Positions 47,835 through 57,391 of a DNA stretch of 64,000 bases are shown here, one piece after another. The notes under the pieces are model-generated. The model was not told the origin of the DNA. It made no database searches and worked only from the letters and a program-made list of their open reading frames with translations. How positions within the stretch are numbered: the first letter of the stretch is position 1; the number at the start of each line of letters is the position of its first letter. This DNA comes from Candidatus Kapaibacterium sp. GTDB taxonomy: Bacteria; Bacteroidota; Ignavibacteria; Kapaibacteriales; UBA2268. The translations under genes and the position numbers were made by a program. Location: contig OY762428.1 in the NCBI GenBank assembly GCA_963665665.1, forward strand, positions 3,104,001 through 3,168,000, written 5' to 3'.

Positions 47835-50075
47835 ATGAATAAACGCTACTTAATTATCGCGGGTATTTCTATTTCGCTGATAGCAATGGAAATTTCCTGG
47901 ACTCGTATTTTTTCTGCCGAATTCTTCTATACCTTTGCTTTTTTGATATTATCTACGGCTGTTCTCGGCATAGGGCTCGGAGGGCTTGCTCTTCGATATG
48001 TTAAAGCATTCAACCGTGACGTAGTGGCAAATCTGTCTATGTCATTGTCAGGTTTGTTTATTTTGCTGGGGCCTGTTCTTGTATTTCAGATAAATCCGGA
48101 ATTCACAAAGATATTTGCCGGATTAACTGATTTTCTGAAGGTATTCAGTTCCGGAATAATTCTCGGGCTTCCCTATTTCTTTGGGGGTATGGCACTCAGT
48201 TATTTATTTAAGAAAAATTACAGTGATATGCCCAGGATGTACATGTGGGATATGGCCGGTGCGGCATTTGGAGTAATAATTGCTATTGCTGCAATGAATA
48301 TTTGCGGCACTCCGAGGGCTGTAACATATACTGCTATGCCCATTTTATTTGCCGGGCTTATTGCATCCGGGAATTGGCAAAAGATTATTCCTGCAATATT
48401 AATTATTGCAACTGCAATTGGCGGATTCTTTTCTGAAGATATGCTTCAAAAACAAAACAGGCAGGAAAGAGCAAAGGTTATTTATACTCATTGGGATGCA
48501 ATGGCGAAAGTAAAAATGTACGATTTCGAAGGCCAATACAGGGGGCTGAATATTGATAATGTTGCCAATTCACCGGTTTTTCCGTTTGACGGGGAAATTG
48601 ACAGGCCGGATTCTTTGAAGTATCATTTCAATATTAATGTCGGAAATTTGATTCGTATGTTCGATTCTTGTAGATTTCTTTCGCTTGGCGCCGGTGGCGG
48701 CGGTGATGTCCTAATGGCATTGCAGGAAGGCGCTGCCGAGATTCACGCCGTAGAGGTGGTTCCGCATATTAATGATATGATGACAGAAGGGATGCTATCA
48801 GAATATACCGGCAATATGTATAATTTACCACAGGTGAAAGTTGTAACAGAAGATGCCCGGGCTTACAGCCGAATGTTCGAAAATAAATTTGATATAATAT
48901 ATTCTTTAAGTTCCAATTCCTGGGCTGCACTTGCCTCAGGGGCATTTGCCCTTGCCGAGAATTACCTGTTCACCGAGGAGGCTTTCCGGGATTACTGGAA
49001 TGCTTTAAGCGATAAAGGGTTTATGAGCATGGAACATCAGTTCTATATGCCGAGAATTGCAACAATGGTGGAACAGGCGCTTTGGAAAGAAGGGGTTGAC
49101 GATCCTGACAAACACTTTGCTATATATCATCTTCCGCACATGAGAAGAATGCTTCTTCTGCTTTCAAAAAGAGAATTGACTCCTGAGCTTTTGGCTGCTG
49201 CTTACGGTAGTTCTGTACCAAACAGGAGGGACTATAAGTATTTACTTTATCCGGCAGCTGATTCACTGAAAGGCAACCTGATAAACAGGATAGTTACCGA
49301 AGGCTGGGAAAATGTACAGGATTCTGCACATGCAGATATTTCTCCATGTTCCGATGACAGGCCATTCATAGCTCAGCTCGGTTTGTGGAAAAATTTCAAA
49401 TCTGACAATATGGAACAACTGCCGCAATACGAATTTATGGGTTATCCGTTGTCCAAGCTGATCATTTTAATGATATTGGCATTAGCGCTGATAATTATAC
49501 TACCGTTAAATTTAATACCTTTTGCGTTTAAATCTTCAAGGCTCGGGATTCGGCCATGGATGTATTTTTTTATGATAGGTATGGGATTTATGATAATAGA
49601 GGTGATATTAATTCAGCAGTACTCCCTGTTTATCGGGCCATCTGTATGGAGCATTATTACCGTGCTTTTCACCATGCTGATTGCTTCCGGTATCGGCAGC
49701 CGCTATTCGGAAATGTTTGCTGATAAAATTGTGTTCATGGCAATAATTGCCTGGGTAGCGCTCAATATTCTTGTTTTTACAAACCTGTTCGGAGTTTTTG
49801 GCGGGCTTCCTTTAGTACCGCGTATGCTGATTTCAGCAATAATGATAGCCCCGGGTGGTTTTTTCATGGGTATGCCTTTTCCAAAAGCTGCACAGAAAGT
49901 CGGTGAAAATGTGGACTGGGGCTTTGCCGTGAATGGTATGGCCTCGGTTCTTGGTTCTACCGGGATACTTCTGGTAGCATTCGAGTTCGGATTTGATATA
50001 TCACTTGTTGTGGGCGCCTTGTGCTATTTAATTGCTATGTTTTTATCGGGTTTTAATAAACCTGTACAGGCATAA
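47835..50075 (+). CDS. Membrane-fused spermidine-synthase-like SAM-dependent transferase
   Basis: N- and C-terminal TM bundles; central LGAGGGGD, AVEV, EDAR, FDII, ENYLFTEEAF, DDRPF. Confidence 0.75.
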   Translation: MNKRYLIIAGISISLIAMEISWTRIFSAEFFYTFAFLILSTAVLGIGLGGLALRYVKAFNRDVVANLSMSLSGLFILLGPVLVFQINPEFTKIFAGLTDFLKVFSSGIILGLPYFFGGMALSYLFKKNYSDMPRMYMWDMAGAAFGVIIAIAAMNICGTPRAVTYTAMPILFAGLIASGNWQKIIPAILIIATAIGGFFSEDMLQKQNRQERAKVIYTHWDAMAKVKMYDFEGQYRGLNIDNVANSPVFPFDGEIDRPDSLKYHFNINVGNLIRMFDSCRFLSLGAGGGGDVLMALQEGAAEIHAVEVVPHINDMMTEGMLSEYTGNMYNLPQVKVVTEDARAYSRMFENKFDIIYSLSSNSWAALASGAFALAENYLFTEEAFRDYWNALSDKGFMSMEHQFYMPRIATMVEQALWKEGVDDPDKHFAIYHLPHMRRMLLLLSKRELTPELLAAAYGSSVPNRRDYKYLLYPAADSLKGNLINRIVTEGWENVQDSAHADISPCSDDRPFIAQLGLWKNFKSDNMEQLPQYEFMGYPLSKLIILMILALALIIILPLNLIPFAFKSSRLGIRPWMYFFMIGMGFMIIEVILIQQYSLFIGPSVWSIITVLFTMLIASGIGSRYSEMFADKIVFMAIIAWVALNILVFTNLFGVFGGLPLVPRMLISAIMIAPGGFFMGMPFPKAAQKVGENVDWGFAVNGMASVLGSTGILLVAFEFGFDISLVVGALCYLIAMFLSGFNKPVQA

Positions 50076-50094
50076 TGAAATATTAGGGTAAATC

Positions 50095-50132
50095 AAAAAA
50101 GCCTTCCGGACATTTTGGACGGGAGGCTTTTT
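50095..50132. terminator. Bidirectional terminator between convergent genes
   Basis: AAAAAAGCCTTCCG...CGGGAGGCTTTTT. Confidence 0.75.
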
Positions 50133-50211
50133 GTTTGCCAGCTGAAAAAATTATGATGGAATTAATGGCTTATGAATTTATGGATATTGTGAATCTGCCG
50201 ATAAGCAAGTA

Positions 50212-50844
50212 TTATCGGAAATCGATAATTTCAACTCCTTCGGGCGGAGTGAATTTAAAACTGTTGCTACTGATATTACTGTTTACATTTAAATTTTCAA
50301 TTATCCATTTCAGAAAATCATTATCTGATTCGATACCTACCGCGATTATCGAGAGGTCTTTCTTCGAAAGCCATATTTTAACCCTGCGAATATCATTTAT
50401 TGCTTCATCTTCATTATCAGGTTCCAGTTCCAGGAAATAGACGCTTCCCCTGCCGGATTCAGTCATCGAGGTAAGGCCAACGGGGTAATACTTTTCAAGA
50501 AAAATAAAAAAGAACTGCTCCAGGCCGGCATCAGCACTTTCTGCATCATAATCGCTGATAACTACATTTTTATCTGTTTTTGAATAGTTCCATATTGTTT
50601 CACCGTCGCATACTATCCGGCGTGTTCCAAGAAGCAGGTTGTATTTATTCCCACGTACCGCCTTCAGCTTTCCTTTCAGCCCGGGTTCACTTTCCAGCGA
50701 GAAATCAACAGAAACAGATTCAATTTCACCGTATTTGGCAATCAGGTTGTTGTAAACATCGTCTTTGTCCGGTTCAAGGGCAAAAACCGGTAAAATACTA
50801 TTCAGCAGCAGAAGCAATCCCGTAATAATTGTTTTTTTTATCAT
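50212..50844 (-). CDS. lolA: Outer-membrane lipoprotein carrier LolA-family protein
   Basis: IVCDGETIWNY...NVVISDY, LEP, FKFTPPEGVEIIDFR. ATG 50844 gives a signal peptide. Confidence 0.8.
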   Translation of the reverse strand: MIKKTIITGLLLLLNSILPVFALEPDKDDVYNNLIAKYGEIESVSVDFSLESEPGLKGKLKAVRGNKYNLLLGTRRIVCDGETIWNYSKTDKNVVISDYDAESADAGLEQFFFIFLEKYYPVGLTSMTESGRGSVYFLELEPDNEDEAINDIRRVKIWLSKKDLSIIAVGIESDNDFLKWIIENLNVNSNISSNSFKFTPPEGVEIIDFR

Positions 50845-50848
50845 AATA

Positions 50849-51679
50849 TTAATTATCCCTGATCTTTGCATCGACTTTACCCCGAACACCTGAATATTTT
50901 GTAAGCTCGGCCCCGACATATCCTATCAGTATTTTTGTGGCTACCTTCACCGGAATTTTCCTGTCATCATCAGTAAGCCACACAAGAATTTTACCTTCGC
51001 TTTTAAACAGCCCGCCTTTAACAACCATTGGCTCGACAACTACGCATTTAAACTCTCCGGCTTTTACTTCAATTGTCTGCCTGCCCCGAATTTTCACTCC
51101 GAGCTGGTAAGTAGAATCCTTGTAGAAATTCTTCAGCATAATAGTGCTGTCCTTTGGAATATTTTTCAGGTCCATAGTCCGCACGTAAAACAAAGCAGAA
51201 ACAATATCATGAACATAGGGCGGGATATCAAAAGTATCGGTTTTCTTTTTATTGCGGGTATATGCCTTATGATTTTGCTGGTCGAAATCGGCATACATAT
51301 CTCTTTTATATTTTCCTTCGCGAATATGCTGTTCGAAAAGATAGGGGAATATCCCGCCAATATCAATTACAGTCCTGTAGGCGTCTTTCACCCGGTATAG
51401 CATATCAAGAGCTGGAAGAGACCTTACCTCGAAGCGGATATCATAGCATTTTCTGCCGTCGATAACCACAGGTTCCGGCAGAATATGGAAATATCCCGTT
51501 CCGGCAGTAATAAATTTGTAACCAACATCGTATTCAAGTTTCTCTCCAAGTCCGAATGCTTCGTTCGGAACGTAGCGGTACGAAGGAGTTTCAAAGTCGG
51601 ATTTTTCCTGTGCAGTAGAAAGGGAATGAATTCCGGCCACAGAAAATATTATCAGTATTATTTTAAAAATTTTATGCAT
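50849..51679 (-). CDS. DUF3108-family secreted protein
   Basis: GEKLEY, YRVKD, HDIVSALFYVR, VKAGEFKC, VWLTDDDRKIPVK. Confidence 0.8.
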   Translation of the reverse strand: MHKIFKIILIIFSVAGIHSLSTAQEKSDFETPSYRYVPNEAFGLGEKLEYDVGYKFITAGTGYFHILPEPVVIDGRKCYDIRFEVRSLPALDMLYRVKDAYRTVIDIGGIFPYLFEQHIREGKYKRDMYADFDQQNHKAYTRNKKKTDTFDIPPYVHDIVSALFYVRTMDLKNIPKDSTIMLKNFYKDSTYQLGVKIRGRQTIEVKAGEFKCVVVEPMVVKGGLFKSEGKILVWLTDDDRKIPVKVATKILIGYVGAELTKYSGVRGKVDAKIRDN

Positions 51680-52196
51680 GATAATTATCTTTATTAAAAA
51701 AATTAATTTACATTATTCTTTGCAAACCGGCAAGATTAATTTTGAAGTATAGATTTTGACGGTTATCAATTATATTTTCACATTTTTCTTTTTTGCCAGG
51801 GTATGCAGTGCTTGTTTTAAATTCCTGATGATATATTAATCCTGTTTCAACATTCAGCCTGCTCCCTTTTTTACCTGACGGCTGAAGAAAAAGAAATTGT
51901 CGATCCTTATATTATAAACGGTTGAAATTTCCAAAGGTTCATAATTTTCAAGTGAAATTATGTAATCGGCTCTTTTAATTGAGGCCCTTAATATTATTCT
52001 TTTGCCATTAGGAACGAAATTCCGAGAGTTTTTTTATGCCGGCATCCAAAGCTTCAAAATAAATTATTGAAGGCATATTTTAACACGCGTACATATATAT
52101 CCGGCGCATCCCGGGTAAATATTCTTCCGGTAAATTTGAACACGGGAGTCAAATAATTTTATAATTTCCGGGCTTCTGAAAAGAAAGATTTCAACT

Positions 52197-52496
52197 TCAC
52201 GAAATATTGATTCCTTTCATTATAAGCTGTTCCTGCAGGTGGTTCTTAAGCACCCTGCCCCGATAGGTTAAGCGTGAGAAGCTGCATTCCCGACCGTTCA
52301 GAATAGTGCCGCGCAAAAAGCCCTGCTCAATAAGCCGGCGGGCGCCTCGGTATATATCCTGATCGCTGTATTTATTCAGTAATTTATTTGTTTCCGATAC
52401 AGATTCGAGAATAAGATAAAGTAACTCATCGGAAAATTTTGGTTCCGGTTCCATGTCGTCGAAAAATGGCTGTTCAAATTCAATACTTCCTATCAT
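52197..52496 (-). CDS. Small winged-helix-like protein
   Basis: LIEQGFLRG...RLTYRGR winged-helix tail; ATGA overlap with the upstream S24 gene. Confidence 0.5.
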   Translation of the reverse strand: MIGSIEFEQPFFDDMEPEPKFSDELLYLILESVSETNKLLNKYSDQDIYRGARRLIEQGFLRGTILNGRECSFSRLTYRGRVLKNHLQEQLIMKGINIS

Positions 52497-53071
52497 TGAT
52501 TTCCTCCCGGTTCAATTCCAATAACTTTAGCAAAAATTCTGAAATTCCTGCATTTTTCAATCGGGACGGGCGGGTATTTGCGGTTTTCGGATACAAGATA
52601 CTTTCCGTTTCGTTCCACGATATATTTTTTAATAAACAGCCTGCCGTCCACTTCTGCAATTATTATATCTCCGCTTTTGCACTTCTTTCCCGGTGCTATA
52701 ATTGCCTTCATGCCTTCGAAAATTCCTGCTCCCTGCATTGAATCCCCGTATATCATGCATTCCTTCAGCTCTGAAATATTGATATTTTCAGGTATGCCGG
52801 GCATTTCAGTTTCTGAATAAGACAGGCGAAAGGGACGCAGCGGGGCATTGAGCCCGAGTATCGTGCCTGTCAGTATGTATTCCGCGTCTTCTTTGGCGTT
52901 TTCAAATGCATCCGACCCGCGTTGCAGGCATTCCCTGCTTAGTATTTCAAGCCTTTCAATATCAGGCCTGCCCGATTCGGCACCGCCGAGCAGGTATTTC
53001 CTGCTTAAGCGGTATATATCGGCATCCGGGGCCATTGCTGCCCAATCCCTGAATTCAGCCTTAGTCATCAT
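52493..53071 (-). CDS. S24 (LexA/CI-type) peptidase with unrecognised N-terminal helical domain and no HTH
   Basis: YGDSM (Ser), GDIIIA, LFIKK (Lys), LVSENRKYPP. ATG 53071 overlaps the end of the HTH gene (ATGATGACTAA). Confidence 0.8.
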   Translation of the reverse strand: MMTKAEFRDWAAMAPDADIYRLSRKYLLGGAESGRPDIERLEILSRECLQRGSDAFENAKEDAEYILTGTILGLNAPLRPFRLSYSETEMPGIPENINISELKECMIYGDSMQGAGIFEGMKAIIAPGKKCKSGDIIIAEVDGRLFIKKYIVERNGKYLVSENRKYPPVPIEKCRNFRIFAKVIGIEPGGNQ

Positions 53072-53483
53072 TTTTCTTTCTCTGGTTAAGAATGTCGCCT
53101 GCAACGGCGCTTATCAGTTCCAGCTTTTCGTCCATACTCATTTTTTTTGTATCCAGGCTGGCACTGCCAATCGGGATAACCTTATCGTTATGAAATACTT
53201 CACTTTCTTCAAGGCGTTCTTTCAGTATTTTGCCGGCACGGTTGGCAGCAAAAATACTTTCCTCGCCCGTAAGTATAAAAACCGGGTTTATACCTTTGCG
53301 GTAGAGCTTAACAAGAAGTTCCGGGGGAACTCCGGAACGCCCGTTTTCGTAATTGCGGATCTTGTCCTGGCTGACATTAAGCAATTGGGCAAACTGCGAA
53401 GCCGACAGCTTCACGCCCTCGTTGAATATGTTTACCCTGATTTCCCGCAGCCTTCTGCCAATTTCTATTCCTATCTTATCCAT
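53061..53483 (-). CDS. XRE/CI-like helix-turn-helix regulator
   Basis: IGRRLREIR...FAQLLNVS...IRNYENGR...INPVFILTGE. Confidence 0.85.
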   Translation of the reverse strand: MDKIGIEIGRRLREIRVNIFNEGVKLSASQFAQLLNVSQDKIRNYENGRSGVPPELLVKLYRKGINPVFILTGEESIFAANRAGKILKERLEESEVFHNDKVIPIGSASLDTKKMSMDEKLELISAVAGDILNQRKKNDD

Positions 53484-53518
53484 ATTTTATAAACTATTTT
53501 TAAAATAAACAAAAATAA

Positions 53519-53599
53519 TTTACTTGGAATATAAGCAATATATACATATATTACAAGTAAAAATTACCAAAAATAATTGTATATATTACATTTGTAATA
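53519..53599. promoter_or_regulatory. Candidate operators in the divergent promoter region
   Basis: Inverted repeat TTTACTTGGAATATA-N13-TATATTACAAGTAAA (53519-53561) and palindrome TATTACA-TT-TGTAATA (53584-53599). Confidence 0.45.
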
Positions 53600-53616
53600 A
53601 AATAAGGTAAAAAATC

Positions 53617-53856
53617 ATGCAACAATCAAAGCAAAATGCAAGTGCTGCCGACAGGCTGGAGAAGGCCGGGGAAATTCTCGGGAGTGCCCTGAAGGAAGCC
53701 GAGAGCAAAAAGCTGATAAGCCCCACTTTAAGGTCGGACCTTGAGTTTATAATTGGCGATTTTCTGTTTTCATCAAGCGGGAACGATGCTGAAATCAACT
53801 TTCTTATGTTAAACAATAATGGCTGGGAGCCTGACGGTTATGAACAGTGTTTTTGA
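53617..53856 (+). CDS. Small hypothetical protein
   Basis: 79 aa, AAGG RBS, overlaps the Mor-like gene. Confidence 0.5.
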   Translation: MQQSKQNASAADRLEKAGEILGSALKEAESKKLISPTLRSDLEFIIGDFLFSSSGNDAEINFLMLNNNGWEPDGYEQCF

Positions 53857-54106
53857 TCAGATACGCGAAGATGAGCTGACTGACGATTTGAAGCTGGTAT
53901 CAAAAGTTGTAGGAATTGATGCTGTAAGAAAAATATTGAAAGATTTTGGCGGCCTGAGTTTTTACATCCCAAAGCTAACACGGCTGGATGGTTTCGTGGA
54001 CAGGTACATGAAGCAAAACAGGAATAAAACAGCCAAGCAGATAGCTTTGGACCTTGGCGTGTCCGAGCATTACCTGCGCAGTGTCAGGAAAAGGTTTGGT
54101 AATTGA
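53840..54106 (+). CDS. Mor/C-family transcription activator (phage Mu type)
   Basis: DL...VVGIDAVRKILKDFGGLSFYIPK dimerisation motif plus C-terminal HTH (KQIALDLGVSEHYLR). Start 53840 (GGGAG upstream) or 53819. Confidence 0.8.
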   Translation: MNSVFDQIREDELTDDLKLVSKVVGIDAVRKILKDFGGLSFYIPKLTRLDGFVDRYMKQNRNKTAKQIALDLGVSEHYLRSVRKRFGN

Positions 54107-54128
54107 CAATAGAATACAGGATAGAAAA

Positions 54129-54455
54129 TTATCTCATTGATATTCCGAGGTAAGCATGAACCATGCATGCCCAGTCGCCAATGATTTTTCTGTCATCAGT
54201 CAGTTCTTTTCGCCAGTCGGTATTTTGCCCGGCCTGGCTCATGTTTCTTGCAAGGGCATCAATATTTGAAATAAGGGCGTTATGTGCAGCCGTTCTGTAA
54301 CTGTCTTTTTCTTTTTTATCATCAACAGAAAGAAAGGCCCAGTCAGTCCTTATTCTGGCATATTTAACTACAGAATCGAGCAGTTCAGTTTTCAGGTAAT
54401 CATTATCAGATTTCATAAGGGAATTGTAAATATCAACAACTGAATCCAAAAGCAT
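54129..54455 (-). CDS. Conserved hypothetical helical protein (DUF3232-like)
   Basis: RTAAHNALI...LAR...W...DRKIIGDWAC; AAGGAG RBS. Confidence 0.55.
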   Translation of the reverse strand: MLLDSVVDIYNSLMKSDNDYLKTELLDSVVKYARIRTDWAFLSVDDKKEKDSYRTAAHNALISNIDALARNMSQAGQNTDWRKELTDDRKIIGDWACMVHAYLGISMR

Positions 54456-54690
54456 GTATTTCTCCTTGACATAAATTGTACATCAGGAAAAAGATAATAA
54501 TTAACCATTACCATGCAAGTTCTTTTTAGTTAATAATTTATATTTTTAAATACTGTAATTTTAGTGTTGATATACTTATTGTTCCGGCAAATTGATTTTT
54601 AATTGCTGAAAATGGATTAGTACTGACGAATTACCTGATAGCCCGGATAGATAAAATAATCGAGCCTGCCCGGGGGAAAACCATAATCAG

Positions 54691-55143
54691 CTAAATGAGT
54701 GAATGTACCACGTGGCGTACTTTGCCCTGTATGGTGAAAGACATTTCCGGGCTTATCTCAATTGGCAGGAAACGGCTGTTTTCCGATTGCAGATAATAAA
54801 CACCTTTTTTTTCAATCAGCCTTTTTACTGTCAGCTCACCGTTCAGAGACGATATAACGATATCGCCGGGGCTGGCAGTATTACATTCCTCAACGATGAG
54901 TATATCCCCGTCGAATATATTTATATCTATCATACTTTCGCCGTTAACCCTTACAAGATAGAAATTATCCTGGTTTCCTGGCAGAAGGTATTTATAAAGG
55001 TCGAGGTCGCCGACATTATTTACCCCGGGAATTTTTCCGGCGGGGAATGCTGCATCGAGCAGGGGAGCTTCGAAGCGAAACCTCCTTCCTATCGAACCAA
55101 ATTTATCAGCCGATAATTTTTTGCTTTTATAAGAAACTTTCAT
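54691..55143 (-). CDS. umuD: UmuD-like S24 autoprotease, catalytic dyad intact
   Basis: PAG cleavage site, VRVNGESM (Ser), DGDILIV, TVKRL (Lys); no DNA-binding domain. Confidence 0.7.
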   Translation of the reverse strand: MKVSYKSKKLSADKFGSIGRRFRFEAPLLDAAFPAGKIPGVNNVGDLDLYKYLLPGNQDNFYLVRVNGESMIDINIFDGDILIVEECNTASPGDIVISSLNGELTVKRLIEKKGVYYLQSENSRFLPIEISPEMSFTIQGKVRHVVHSLI

Positions 55144-55168
55144 TTGAAAATATGTGTATTCTTGTTCT

Positions 55169-55597
55169 CTAAATGCTGTGAATTACTTTAGTTACAACAC
55201 CAACCGGTTTCAGGCCGATATTTTCTTCATTGATTTCCAAAGGCATAACACTGCTGTCCGGAGCTTCCAGGTATGGCCAGTGCCTTCCTTCCCTGTATAT
55301 TTTGATAGTGAACGATCCATTGACAGATACAACCACAATTCTTCCGTCGGCTGCTTCTATTGCTGTATCAACAACAAGTATATCTCCGTCGGATATATCT
55401 AAGTTATAACCGTCAATACCACTTATCCTTGCAAAAAAAGTAGCCTTCGGATGTTCTATCAGAAGGTCGTTCAAATCAATTTCCTTGTCGATTTTATCAT
55501 CAACAGGTACAGGTATTCCTGCTGAAACAGACATGTTAAAGAATGGCATTTTAGCGCCGGAATAAGGCTTGAAGCCAAATACCTCAACGATTTCCAT
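55169..55597 (-). CDS. UmuD-like S24 protein lacking the catalytic serine
   Basis: VSAGIP, IDLNDLLIEHPKATFFAR, DGDILVVD, FTIK; GIDG replaces G(D/E)SM. Confidence 0.75.
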   Translation of the reverse strand: MEIVEVFGFKPYSGAKMPFFNMSVSAGIPVPVDDKIDKEIDLNDLLIEHPKATFFARISGIDGYNLDISDGDILVVDTAIEAADGRIVVVSVNGSFTIKIYREGRHWPYLEAPDSSVMPLEINEENIGLKPVGVVTKVIHSI

Positions 55598-55748
55598 TTT
55601 ATTGTCCCCTTTTGCTGCTAATAATACATGCCGCTAATGCGACACATTAAGTATTATAATATAATGGAAAAGGCAGCACTTATGCAAATTTTTTTTTCGG
55701 GTAGTAATTTTTTTTTAATAATTGTTTCAATTTTTTAGAAATAGAATG

Positions 55749-57248
55749 TTAGTGTGCCCAAATCGGCTGCACGGCAGGATCAATTCCCAGAACGGCCGAA
55801 CCTATGAAATAGAAAAATGTTGAAATAATTAATGCACCGGCAAGGTTTAATATCAGCCCTGCGCGTGTCATATCGTGAATTTCCAAATATCCCGAACCGA
55901 ATACGATAGCATTGGGCGGAGTAGCTATTGGAAGCATGAAAGCACATGAAGCGGATATTGTGGCAGGTATCATCAATAGCAGAGGGTTAATGCCCATACC
56001 TATGCCAACAGATGCAAGTATCGGCAGCAGAGTCTGGGTTGTTGCCGTATTTGAAGTAAGCTCGGTCAGGAATGTCAGTATCAGGCATGTCAGTATTATT
56101 ATCAGGAAAACCGGAGCATCACTTAGGGCACTGAATTGATTTCCGATAATTCCCGAAAGCCCTGAATGCTGAAATCCTTCAGCAAGGGCAAAGCCGCCCC
56201 CGAAAAGCAGGATGATTTCCCAGGGAACTGAGCGAATCTGTTCCACACCTACGATACCGCTACCTTTATTTGTGCTGTCCGGAAGAATAAATAGCAAAAC
56301 AGACATAGCAACAGCTATAGTTCCGTCGTCCACAAGGCCGTTTAACCCGATCAGGTTAGTCCATCCGTAAATGGTAATAGCGCCAATATTAATATTTGTC
56401 CGGAAAGTCCAAAGCAAAGCAGATAGTACAAAAACAAACATTACTTTTTTCTCATTAACGCTCATAGCCGGAAGAGAAGTAAACGATCTGTCGTTGTTTA
56501 AATTAATATCACACAGTTCTTTCCGATGTAAAAACTTTGTAAGTATAAGCCATATCAGCCCCAGCATAGTAAGGCTTAAGGGCAGCGCAAAAATCAGCCA
56601 ATGGCCAAAACTGATTTCGGGGGCTTCCGGAAAAGTGGAATGATATATCTGGTTGAATGCAAGATTGGGAGGCGTTCCGATAAGTGTGGCTATACCTCCG
56701 GCAGAAGCGGAATAGGCTATGGCAAGCATTAGCGGCGTACCAAAGGAACGGGCTTTGGAAGCATTCCCCGCTGCATGTGTTACTGCTATGGCTACCGGAA
56801 ACATCATAACCGCCGTGGCAGTGTTTGAAATAAACATCGAAAGAAAAGCTGTTGCGATCATGAATCCGAGAATTACAACTGCCGGACTCTTTCCGGTACG
56901 GTTCAATATGAAAAAAGCAATACGTTTGTGAAGGCCGGTTTTCTGCATGGCCGAGGCAATTATAAAACCACCGAGGAAAAGTAAAATCACAGAATTGAAG
57001 TATTCTGCGGCAGTTTCTTTGCCCTTCATAATTCCAAGCAATGGGAAAAGAACAGCCGGCATCAGAGATGTTGCACTGAGCGGAAGGGCGTTTGTCATCC
57101 ACCATGTGGCCATTAATACTCCAACAGCTGTCATATCAGAAGCTGGCTTGCTATCAGAAACAGGAAATATTATCAAAAGAATGAACAATATTATACCGAG
57201 GAAGAACCCTGATCGTGAAATTTTTCTTGCTTTATTTTTGTTTTCCAT
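55749..57248 (-). CDS. DASS/SLC13 sodium:dicarboxylate or sulfate symporter
   Basis: LFLGGF, LSMFISNTAT, GTPPN, ILLFGGG, TELTSNTAT, FMLPIATPPNAIV. Confidence 0.93.
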   Translation of the reverse strand: MENKNKARKISRSGFFLGIILFILLIIFPVSDSKPASDMTAVGVLMATWWMTNALPLSATSLMPAVLFPLLGIMKGKETAAEYFNSVILLFLGGFIIASAMQKTGLHKRIAFFILNRTGKSPAVVILGFMIATAFLSMFISNTATAVMMFPVAIAVTHAAGNASKARSFGTPLMLAIAYSASAGGIATLIGTPPNLAFNQIYHSTFPEAPEISFGHWLIFALPLSLTMLGLIWLILTKFLHRKELCDINLNNDRSFTSLPAMSVNEKKVMFVFVLSALLWTFRTNINIGAITIYGWTNLIGLNGLVDDGTIAVAMSVLLFILPDSTNKGSGIVGVEQIRSVPWEIILLFGGGFALAEGFQHSGLSGIIGNQFSALSDAPVFLIIILTCLILTFLTELTSNTATTQTLLPILASVGIGMGINPLLLMIPATISASCAFMLPIATPPNAIVFGSGYLEIHDMTRAGLILNLAGALIISTFFYFIGSAVLGIDPAVQPIWAH

Positions 57249-57391
57249 TGCAATTCCCGTTTTTTTATCTGAATAAATATATCAAAACGTGCTCAAAATG
57301 CAAGGAAACTGTTAATATTATTTGTTAACAATTGCAGTTTTTTTAAATTGTTCTTTTAATATGCAGCGTAAATAATTTTTAATTTGTAATT

